NCBI GenBank assembly: GCA_034003725.1
Contig: JAVEYB010000002.1
Location: 142,568 to 206,567, forward strand
DNA length: 64,000 bases
Reading direction: 5' to 3'
Source: Candidatus Zixiibacteriota bacterium
Lineage (GTDB): Bacteria; Zixibacteria; MSB-5A5; GN15; FEB-12
Both the position numbers and the translations under genes were made by a program. The number at the start of each line of letters is the position of its first letter. The stretch's first letter is position 1. Shown piece by piece: positions 10,065-17,633 of this stretch. The notes under the pieces were generated by a model. The model worked only from the letters and a program-made list of their open reading frames with translations, ran no database searches and had not been told where the DNA came from.

Positions 10065-11228
10065 ATGGGTCTTTTGATTGAGGTTCTGGAATGGATGGAC
10101 CCCACCGGAGAGGAGATGATCTACCGAATCCCGCAGGAGGGATCGGCGGACATCAAATGGGGCGCGCAGCTTATTGTCCGCGACAGCCAGATGGCGATAT
10201 TTTTCAAGGACGGTCACGCCGCCGATTCGTTCGCGACGGGTCGTCATATGCTATCGACCCTGAACCTTCCGATCCTGACTCGTTTGCTTTCGTTTCCGTT
10301 CGGGTTCAATTCTCCGTTTCGGGCCGAGGTCTACTTCACGAATCTCAAGGTCTTTACGGACTTGAAGTGGGGGACCAAGCACCCGGTTACGTTTCATGAC
10401 AGCACGCTCGGCCTGATCAGGCTTCGCGGGCACGGCGCATTTACGATGCGGATCGCCGAGCCGATTCTGTTTCTGAACTCGATCGTCGGTCGCCAGGCGC
10501 GCTATACGACGGCCGACATTCAGAGCTACCTTCGCGACGTCATAATCGCGCGTCTGAACGACCTGCTCGGCGAGAAGCTGGACACGATTTTGGACCTGCC
10601 GAAGATCTATACCGAGCTGGCGGCGGAGTTCAAGGGGATCGTGAAGGTTGAGTTCGACAAGTACGGTCTCGAGCTGGTCGATTTTTATATTTCGTCGATA
10701 ACGCCGCCCGAGGATGTCGCGAGTTTGATCGATCAGCGTTCGGGGATGCAGGCGGTCGGGGATCTCGACGCGTTCTTGAAATTCCAGATGGCCAAGGGCC
10801 TGGGCGCACAATCGGGAACCGCCAGCGCCGGCGCGGGACTCGGGATGGGGGCGGGGATCGGGATGCTGATGCCGGGGATGATGTCGAAAGTATTCGCCCC
10901 GGAACAGACCGATCTGCGCACGGCTCCGGTGGCCACGGTGACATGCCCCAAGTGTCATGCCGACACGCCGGAGCAGTCGCGATTCTGCTACCGCTGCGGC
11001 CACGCCATGGTGCGGCAGAACCAGTGTCCCTCCTGCGGTCACGAACTGCCGACCGAATCCAAATTCTGTCTGGAGTGCGGTTACAAGCTGGATGCCGCGA
11101 TGAAGTGTCCGCATTGCGCCGCGGAGTTGATCGCGGGGTCGAAGTTCTGCGGGGAGTGCGGCAACCCGATCGTGACGAAGCCGAACAACGGTGAGGCGGA
11201 TGCAGACCGGCCTGAGCAATCCCGTTAG
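10065..11228 (+). CDS. SPFH/Band-7 family protein (YdjI / 'virion core protein'-like) with three C-terminal zinc ribbons
   Basis: N-terminus MGLLIEVLEWMD..IKWGAQLIVRDSQMAIFFKDG is typical of the COG4260 SPFH family. The C-terminus has three CPxC..FCxxCG ribbons. Confidence 0.8.
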   Translation: MGLLIEVLEWMDPTGEEMIYRIPQEGSADIKWGAQLIVRDSQMAIFFKDGHAADSFATGRHMLSTLNLPILTRLLSFPFGFNSPFRAEVYFTNLKVFTDLKWGTKHPVTFHDSTLGLIRLRGHGAFTMRIAEPILFLNSIVGRQARYTTADIQSYLRDVIIARLNDLLGEKLDTILDLPKIYTELAAEFKGIVKVEFDKYGLELVDFYISSITPPEDVASLIDQRSGMQAVGDLDAFLKFQMAKGLGAQSGTASAGAGLGMGAGIGMLMPGMMSKVFAPEQTDLRTAPVATVTCPKCHADTPEQSRFCYRCGHAMVRQNQCPSCGHELPTESKFCLECGYKLDAAMKCPHCAAELIAGSKFCGECGNPIVTKPNNGEADADRPEQSR

Positions 11229-12636
11229 CCGAGCGGCCGAACAGGCCGGATTCTATATCGGCGTCACGTGTCCCGGGTGCGGCAGCAAGCTCAAGCTCGG
11301 CGACAGCCTGTTCGTGCTGATTTGTCACTATTGCGGCTCGCATCTGAAAATCGAGATGCCTGACGTGCCGGCGGCGTACATGGTGAATCCAAAGACGGAC
11401 GCCCGCCAGGCGCGTTTTTCGATCGACCGGTACCTCAAGGAGCACGACCTGCCGCTAACCGGCCCGGACCTGTTCATGCGGTATTTTTACTATCCGTACT
11501 GGAAGATCGACGGGGCCCTGTTGAAAGTGCGCAATCGTATCGAGCGACGGACGGCGGTCGCCGGGGACTACGGCGAGACGGGCGAGACGGAGCAGACGAC
11601 GGAGGTGCGACGCACCGAGGTCGCGCTGACGCCGTTTTTGACGACAATCGCAGCCGGGCCGTTTCTCGAGGACATACCCTACACGATCGGTTTGCGCGCG
11701 GAGTATATCAGCCTGGCGCCGTACGCGCGCGATCAAATGGATGAGGCCTACGTTTCGCTGCCGATCGAGATGAGTCGTGAAAAAGCGCGGGAGAACGCGG
11801 AGCGTGCGATCAACCAGTTGAGCGTTACCTTTCAGGGGGATTTCGGCAAGAACCGGACCGATCTGCTTCACCCGCAGTTTTCGCTGATCTTCTACCCGTA
11901 CGTATCGGTGGAAATGGAATCGCCTCGGTACTACCGCTTTTTGGTCGACGGGCTGACCGGCAGGGTGCAGTTTTTTCGCGACGAACGGTCGGGGATATCG
12001 ACGGCACTCGACAAGGACCGTCCGCCGGGAATCGAACTGGGCGAGCTGCGCGTAACGTTGCATCGCTGCCACTCGTGCGGCGAGGATCTGCCTCGGGGTC
12101 GGTCGCACGTATACGTGTGCAACAACTGCCACACGGTGAATCTTGTCGACGCCCGTGGTCTCGATGTCGAGGCGATTCGCTGGGTGGAGCCGCCGGCAAG
12201 CAGCACCGATCCGTTGTTTCCGTTCTGGTCGTTCGAGCTGGCGGCGGAGGACAGCGCGGATGTAGCGCGCATGTTCGGCGGCGTGTATCGTTCGAATCGA
12301 TTGGTGGTACCGGCTTTTCGACTGCCGAATTTCGAGGCCGCGTACCGACTGACGCAGCGGATGTCGGCAGCGATCAACCAGATCGACACCGAATTGATCT
12401 ACACCTATCACCAGCGGTTCCGCCCGGTCACCCTGGGGCCGTCGGAGGCAATCGTGCACGCGGAGATCATGATCTATCGCGCGCGCGTGGGGAAAGCACC
12501 GCATGTGGATATCGGTGACATACGATTCAAGCCGTCGTCGGCCCAGATCGTGTATCTCGCGTTTCATGAAGAGGCATACTTCTTCGTCGACTCGGTACTG
12601 AATGCCGTAACATTCGAGAAGAATCTCGTGGTATGA
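11200..12636 (+). CDS. Hypothetical protein, internally duplicated, each half starting with a CxxC..CxxC zinc ribbon
   Basis: Ribbons CPGCGSKL..CHYCGSHL and CHSCGEDL..CNNCHTVN. Overlaps the SPFH gene end by 29 nt. The start could also be GTG 11191. Confidence 0.6.
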   Translation: MQTGLSNPVSRAAEQAGFYIGVTCPGCGSKLKLGDSLFVLICHYCGSHLKIEMPDVPAAYMVNPKTDARQARFSIDRYLKEHDLPLTGPDLFMRYFYYPYWKIDGALLKVRNRIERRTAVAGDYGETGETEQTTEVRRTEVALTPFLTTIAAGPFLEDIPYTIGLRAEYISLAPYARDQMDEAYVSLPIEMSREKARENAERAINQLSVTFQGDFGKNRTDLLHPQFSLIFYPYVSVEMESPRYYRFLVDGLTGRVQFFRDERSGISTALDKDRPPGIELGELRVTLHRCHSCGEDLPRGRSHVYVCNNCHTVNLVDARGLDVEAIRWVEPPASSTDPLFPFWSFELAAEDSADVARMFGGVYRSNRLVVPAFRLPNFEAAYRLTQRMSAAINQIDTELIYTYHQRFRPVTLGPSEAIVHAEIMIYRARVGKAPHVDIGDIRFKPSSAQIVYLAFHEEAYFFVDSVLNAVTFEKNLVV

Positions 12637-12640
12637 GGGT

Positions 12641-13105
12641 ATGAAACGCAGGGCTGTGAACGGTGGGGCGCGTGGGTACACGCTGATCGAGTTGGTGATC
12701 CTGATTGTCATTGTCGGGGTGCTCGCGGGAGCGGCGCTGCCCCGGTATCGTGATCTTTCGGTCGACGCCCGGGTGTCTGCCTGCAAAGGGAGCCTGAGCG
12801 CGGTGCGCGAGGGGATTTCGCTTTATTATGCCCGGCAGGTATTACTGAGCGGGGTGGGATCGTACCCCGATATCGACTCGCTGACTCATTCCGATTTGGT
12901 GATGCGGGGGGCGTTTCCGCCAAATCCATTTCAGATTCATGCGGCTGATTCAGTGGTGGCGGGTGAGTATCCCGGGCAGATTGGAGGGGAGCGGGGCGGC
13001 TGGGTATATAACCCGGCTACCGGTCAGTTCTGGGCAAACACGTCGACCGTGATTTCATCGGCGTGGCTAACGCCGGAACGCCAGATCAACGAGAATCTGT
13101 TCTGA
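12641..13105 (+). CDS. Type IV pilin / T2SS pseudopilin-like protein (prepilin N-terminal cleavage/methylation domain)
   Basis: GARG|YTLIELVILIVIVGVLAGAALPRY is a class III signal peptide with Glu at +5. Confidence 0.8.
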   Translation: MKRRAVNGGARGYTLIELVILIVIVGVLAGAALPRYRDLSVDARVSACKGSLSAVREGISLYYARQVLLSGVGSYPDIDSLTHSDLVMRGAFPPNPFQIHAADSVVAGEYPGQIGGERGGWVYNPATGQFWANTSTVISSAWLTPERQINENLF

Positions 13106-13505
13106 CGTCCGCTTGCTGAAGTCTTTGCCGGAATTCCTCCAAAAGCAAGAAAGTCGTCGTACAAGTTTGATAGAGTATGCGTTACGGCGAAATGGCTTTG
13201 TTTTGTCATTTTTAGGGGGCCTCATTTCCCCTCCCCTCCCGTCGGCGGTTGGGGTAACGACTTACGGTTCCCGGGTAGATTTTCGGTATTGTCGGATACG
13301 TGCAGCATCGCTTCCTCCTTTTACTATAGGGGGCGCGCCGTTTTATCCATCGAAAGTGTAGGGAAAGTGCGGGGGATTGAGTGGGGCGGCCGAGGTGTGG
13401 CAGGTCCGAAGCGGGACCTTCCCTGCGAAGATTGGCGGTTTCGAAGACGGAACCGCCCTACAGGGACTTCCGTTTCGCTTGTTCGTGGTCCTGAATGAGT
13501 AGCGC

Positions 13506-14282
13506 CTAGCTGCCGGGTTCATCATTGCCGATCGATTGTACCGCCGTTTTGATGGCATCAATGATCGCGGACATGTTCCGCTGCGCTGCCAGGTCTTCGA
13601 CTTTCGCGGGGCTGACCATGGTGCACAACCGTTGCCACACCGTCCAGGCTTTCTCCGGCGACCCAAACGATTCTTTATTGAGCAATCCGAGACCGGTCAG
13701 GCGGTCCGTCCATAGGCGGCCGAGTGTACGGAGTCTGTCAGCCTTTGCGTACACCTCGCGATCGCGCCCGGACAGGCGAGCCCGAGCAGCATAGTCCGGG
13801 GTTGCTCGAAGGATCGAGATAGCCGAGTCGGCTTCGGCTCTGCTCGCGAATGTCACCGACACTCGATAACGCTGCCATAGGGAAACAACAGTCAGCCCAG
13901 CCTTCTCATCAGGCGGACCGACCACTGTCAAACGATCGTTGCCGATTGCGACGCCGGCGTCGACACGGTCTTCGGCTGCCCCGCTTGCGGCGAAAGAGAT
14001 TCGGTCGCGTCCGGAATGATCGGACAGGGCGACGGCGAAACCGTTGGCATCTATCCCGAGCCACGCGGGATGTTGACGGCCTTCGGCGTCGTGGTACACA
14101 AAATCGATCTTCAGTTGTTCCGTATCCGGAGCAATCCTGACCTGTGACACGCCCGTGTTGGAGTTGGGTGTGAGCATCATTGGTTTCTCGGCATTCTTCT
14201 CGCCGGATTGATCGGCTAGCGGGAACGAGATTGGACTACATGCCAGCGCCAGAGAGAGCGCTGTGGTGATAAGGCATTTCAT
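13506..14282 (-). CDS. Secreted hypothetical protein, possible lipoprotein
   Basis: MKCLITTALSLALAC signal peptide with an imperfect lipobox. No recognisable domain. Confidence 0.6.
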   Translation of the reverse strand: MKCLITTALSLALACSPISFPLADQSGEKNAEKPMMLTPNSNTGVSQVRIAPDTEQLKIDFVYHDAEGRQHPAWLGIDANGFAVALSDHSGRDRISFAASGAAEDRVDAGVAIGNDRLTVVGPPDEKAGLTVVSLWQRYRVSVTFASRAEADSAISILRATPDYAARARLSGRDREVYAKADRLRTLGRLWTDRLTGLGLLNKESFGSPEKAWTVWQRLCTMVSPAKVEDLAAQRNMSAIIDAIKTAVQSIGNDEPGS

Positions 14283-14652
14283 TGGGACCTCCCCACCCGC
14301 GAGGGGGCGTCTGCGTCACACGATAGATGCAGTTCCCCCGATCTGAAGTCGCGCCTCTACCGTGATGATTCATTCGGTCTGCGTGAGGGTCGATTTGTTT
14401 GTTTCGAGGATCGGGAGAGTGTGTCCTGGCGGGCCAGCCACCGCCATACCGTGAAGACAACCGAATCCGCCCGGACACCTCCCGATCTCGATTCTCACCT
14501 CACCCTCTCGGGTGTACTTACTGCACCGCCGTGGTATACAACTTCGATGCCGAACCGCGTGCAGGTCATGTGACAGCCGGATATCGCACTCGGTGACAGC
14601 AGGTTGTGCGAGAAGTAGTGAGTTGCCCGGCTGAGTGTTTGTGGGGGGCTGG

Positions 14653-14758
14653 CTGCGCGAATTCGCGCAGTTCACTCACGGTTTTTCGCGCAGCAGCGTG
14701 AAGCTGTGATATGACAGGAGGTTTGTGTCTCGCGGATTCGCGCAGCGTTTTCGCGCAG
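14653..14758. promoter_or_regulatory. Array of four TTCGCGCAG motifs including a perfect 18-bp palindrome (candidate operator array)
   Basis: CTGCGCGAATTCGCGCAG at 14653-14670. Further TTCGCGCAG copies at 14685-14693, 14737-14745 (with a degenerate left half) and 14750-14758. Confidence 0.35.
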
Positions 14759-15044
14759 AATTGAATTGTCGTGGGTGTGTTTGTGATACCGAGCGGGGCT
14801 TTCGTTGTTGTGCTCAACCGGACATGGTGAATGCCTAAACAAGCTCGAGAAGGAGGATCCGGGGTGGCAGAACCGGTTCGTCCGAATTCTACGTTTCGAG
14901 GGGTCGTGAAAGGTGCAGTGCCGATTAACATCCGACCCGGGACGGTTGTACGGTACTTGGCGGGTCAGGAGTGGGGGCGGATATTCATCAGCGTCATGAT
15001 GGCGGGTTCGAAGGCGGATCTGCTACGGGGACCGATTTATGTGA

Positions 15045-15072
15045 TTGCCGGTTGGGGGATTTTTTGTATTAT
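15045..15072 (+). promoter_or_regulatory. Sigma70-like promoter candidate for the imuA-imuB-dnaE2 operon
   Basis: TTGCCG (15045-15050), 16-nt spacer, TATTAT (15067-15072). It lies immediately upstream of the LexA-box-like palindrome. Confidence 0.45.
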
Positions 15073-15074
15073 AG

Positions 15075-15096
15075 ATACTGCACGTGTGGGCAGTAT
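15075..15096 (+). promoter_or_regulatory. LexA (SOS) box candidate, CTG-N10-CAG type
   Basis: ATACTG-cacgtgtggg-CAGTAT matches the TACTG-N10-CAGTA architecture of the E. coli-type SOS box. It overlaps the predicted transcription start of a classic SOS operon. Confidence 0.55.
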
Positions 15097-15097
15097 T

Positions 15098-15250
15098 GAT
15101 CGAGATGAAAGACAGGGTCGTCGGCGCACGAGGACGTACGCCAACCACGAATCGGGAGGGGTCGTCGGCGCACGAGGACGTACGCCAACCACGAATCGAG
15201 ATGAAAGACAGGGTCGTCGGCGCACGGGGACGTACGCCAACCACGAATTA
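15098..15250 (+). repeat. Three ~40-bp direct repeats in the imuA leader
   Basis: GGGTCGTCGGCGCACGAGGACGTACGCCAACCACGAATCG at 15115-15154 and 15159-15198. A third copy with a few changes is at 15211-15248. ATCGAGATGAAAGACA precedes copies 1 and 3. Confidence 0.9.
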
Positions 15251-15265
15251 GTAATAAGGGAAGAT

Positions 15266-15982
15266 ATGAAACCGGACCACTCGTACAGCCCCGTCACCGA
15301 GCGATTTTTCGACAGTCTGATCGCCCGGGCCGAGCAAAAAGCTCCTGCGGCAGTTGTTCGGCAGGAGATTGCCGGGCGCTGGCCGGAGGCGGTGTGCGGG
15401 CACGAGCAGTTCGAACGGCGGGTGTTTGTTTCGGGGATAGAGTCGTTTGATCGTCTGTTTGTGTTGGGGGGGGTCCCGTACGGGCAGTTTATCGAGATCA
15501 CCGGGGGGAGTTGTTCGGGCAAGACGGGATTAATGTTTCGCTTGATATCAGGCATGGTAAGAAGTTACGGAAAAGCAGCTTATATCGATTTTTGCAATTG
15601 TTTTTTTGGTCCGGCCGCAGAATATGGGGGGCTTGATCCGGCTCATCTGCTGGTTGTCAAGCCGGACAGTCTAGCGGGGGGGATTCGCGCCGCTGAGCTG
15701 CTGCTCAAGCATCGGGAGGTAACAATTGCGGTGTGTGATCTGGTCGGGACCACCCGGGAGCTTCCCATAACCCTGTTGCACCGGCTTCGGCGCAAGACGG
15801 TTCGGGCTCGCGGGCTGGTGATTTTTCTGACCGATCGTGCCGCCGAGATTATTCCTGCCAGTATGGCATCGCTGCGGCTTTCGGTTGATCGAATTGATTC
15901 GGCCCGGGTGGCTGTGCAGGTGGTCAAAAGCCGACTTTGCAAACCGGGTCAGGCGGTGGAGGTGGTGCTTGAACCGCACTGA
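15266..15982 (+). CDS. imuA: ImuA (RecA/SulA-like SOS mutagenesis protein)
   Basis: GGVPYGQFIEITGGSCSGKTGLMF RecA-like P-loop, ~238 aa, directly upstream of imuB and dnaE2. ATG 15266 has an AGGGAAG SD. The upstream part of the tracked ORF is repeat DNA. Confidence 0.8.
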   Translation: MKPDHSYSPVTERFFDSLIARAEQKAPAAVVRQEIAGRWPEAVCGHEQFERRVFVSGIESFDRLFVLGGVPYGQFIEITGGSCSGKTGLMFRLISGMVRSYGKAAYIDFCNCFFGPAAEYGGLDPAHLLVVKPDSLAGGIRAAELLLKHREVTIAVCDLVGTTRELPITLLHRLRRKTVRARGLVIFLTDRAAEIIPASMASLRLSVDRIDSARVAVQVVKSRLCKPGQAVEVVLEPH

Positions 15983-17510
15983 GCGCATAGCGGCCCTGGT
16001 TGTCCCGGCTTTTCCGGTGGCGCTGTTTCTTTGCGATAATCCGCAGTATCGCGCCCGGCCGGTGGTCGTGGCTGACGGCGGAGAGGAGGCCTCGGAGATA
16101 ATCGCAGCGAATGATATCGCATTGGCGGGAGGTATTCGGTCGGGGCAGACAGTCGCCCAGGGGCGGCTTCGGGTGGACAATCTCCTGTCGGTCCCATACG
16201 ACCGGGAGCGGGAGATGGTGGGGTCCAGTCGTTTGATGAACCGTTTGCAGGCCCTGACGCCGTTTGTCGAGGAGGAATGTCCGGGGAGGTATTATCTCGA
16301 GGTCGGGGGGATGATGCTTTTGTATCGGAGCGAGCACCGTTTTGCCCGGGCGGTGTGTGACCTGCTGGCCGGGCTTGGGTTGCCGGCCACGGTCGGGGTG
16401 GCGAGCAATACATCGGTGGCGACGGTTGCGGCGGCGGTTGCGGGCGGGCAGGAGGAGCCGATAGTGGTTGTTCCCGACGGCACCGAGCAGGAGTTTTTGC
16501 GGCCGCTGCCGATTACGCGCCTTCCGATCAGCGACGACACAATCGAGAAACTTCGCCTGCTCGGGATCCGCACGATCGGCCAGGTGGCTTCGTTTGGGTC
16601 GAACGAGTTGATCGGTCGGTTCGAGGCCGACGGGATGACGCTGGCGCGGTTGTCGCACGGGGTCAGTGACGATCTGTTTGCGCCGGAACAGCCGACCGAG
16701 GCGATCGAGGCCGACAAGTCGCTGTTGTATCCGGTCGAGACGATCCCGGCTTTGCTTGCCGAAATCGAGCCGTTGCTGGATATCGTACTGCGGAGGCTTC
16801 GGACGGTCAGTCGCGGGTGTGCCTGCCTGGAGGTCGAACTGGTGTGCGAGGATAAGCAGCGGCAGACGGTATCGCTGGCGCTGGAGTCGCCCGGTTTGTC
16901 GGCTCGACCGTTTCTCCGGCAGTTGAAGCAGGCTCTATCATCGATCCGGTTTGGGGCCGGCGTCATAGGGATACGAGTGCACGTGCCGAATGCGGTGACG
17001 GTGGTTGGGGAGCAGCTTGATTTATCCCGCCTGGCCGGCGGTCGACCGCGGAGCAAACGCCAGTCGGTCACACTGCCGCCCGGTGTGGAGCGGGCGTATT
17101 GTTTTCGGCGGCAGTATTCCCCGCTGCCCGAAAAGATGTTCGTGCTGGCGCCTTATGGCGATGATACGCGGCGGTCACCCTCGGTCGAGCGTACGGTTAG
17201 TCCGGCGCCGTTTGTGCCGTACGCAGGCCGTTCCCCGGCGGGGCTTCGTCTTTTCCAGCCGCCGCAGTTGGTCCGGGTGGTGAGTGAAGGCGAGCGGCCG
17301 GTTCGCCTGACTCTCAACCGTCGCACGTACGGGGTTGTGCGGTTTGACGGTCCCTGGCGGTTGTCCGGAAATTGGTGGGACAGTCCGTTTGAGCGTCAGT
17401 ACTACGAGGTTACGCTTGATGATGCGCAGGGAGGGCGGAGTTATCTGGTGTTTGTGCAGGGGAGCGGGGAGCAGTCGGGGGAGTGGTTTGTGCAGGGGGC
17501 GTTTGATTGA
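15969..17510 (+). CDS. imuB: ImuB (catalytically inactive Y-family polymerase-like protein)
   Basis: The N-terminus ..RIAALVVPAFPVALF.. is the Y-family palm without the acidic catalytic residues. Sits between imuA and dnaE2. Start TTG 15969 overlaps the imuA stop; the start is uncertain. Confidence 0.8.
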   Translation: MNRTERIAALVVPAFPVALFLCDNPQYRARPVVVADGGEEASEIIAANDIALAGGIRSGQTVAQGRLRVDNLLSVPYDREREMVGSSRLMNRLQALTPFVEEECPGRYYLEVGGMMLLYRSEHRFARAVCDLLAGLGLPATVGVASNTSVATVAAAVAGGQEEPIVVVPDGTEQEFLRPLPITRLPISDDTIEKLRLLGIRTIGQVASFGSNELIGRFEADGMTLARLSHGVSDDLFAPEQPTEAIEADKSLLYPVETIPALLAEIEPLLDIVLRRLRTVSRGCACLEVELVCEDKQRQTVSLALESPGLSARPFLRQLKQALSSIRFGAGVIGIRVHVPNAVTVVGEQLDLSRLAGGRPRSKRQSVTLPPGVERAYCFRRQYSPLPEKMFVLAPYGDDTRRSPSVERTVSPAPFVPYAGRSPAGLRLFQPPQLVRVVSEGERPVRLTLNRRTYGVVRFDGPWRLSGNWWDSPFERQYYEVTLDDAQGGRSYLVFVQGSGEQSGEWFVQGAFD

Positions 17511-17633
17511 AGGGGTGTGGGGTTATGTTGATCTGTCACCCTTCGACCCGTCTCGGCGGGCTCAGGGTGAGGGGGGCTGGGGCGTGCACGAGTTCGGGAT
17601 GATATAGGCGGGGAGGAGGTAGTATGAGAAGTA

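Noticed and set aside
9876-10247. 123-aa minus-strand ORF
   Set aside because: It overlaps the terminator region and the 5' end of the SPFH gene. It has no start context and no similarity to anything I recognise.
11455-12786. 443-aa minus-strand ORF
   Set aside because: It is antisense to the zinc-ribbon protein and pilin genes, which have clear motifs. It is Arg-rich and low-complexity.
13106-13505. 400-bp spacer between convergent genes, with hairpins at 13403-13418 and 13434-13457
   Set aside because: The hairpins lack U-tracts, and I see no recognisable RNA family, repeat or credible ORF. Noted but not enough to call a feature.
15003-15020. GGTTCGAA T-loop-like string as a sign of a tRNA or tmRNA
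   Set aside because: The flanking bases do not form a T-arm (GGCGG on both sides). No acceptor or anticodon arms can be drawn.
15098-15250. Possible mini-CRISPR array
   Set aside because: Only three repeat copies are present, separated by 4 and 12 nt rather than ~30-nt unique spacers. There are no cas genes in the window.
14831-15265. N-terminal 145 codons of the tracked 383-aa ORF (14831-15982) as part of ImuA
   Set aside because: This stretch contains the promoter/LexA-box-like elements and three 40-bp DNA direct repeats, and it has no ImuA similarity. ATG 15266 has a Shine-Dalgarno sequence and gives a normal-length ImuA.
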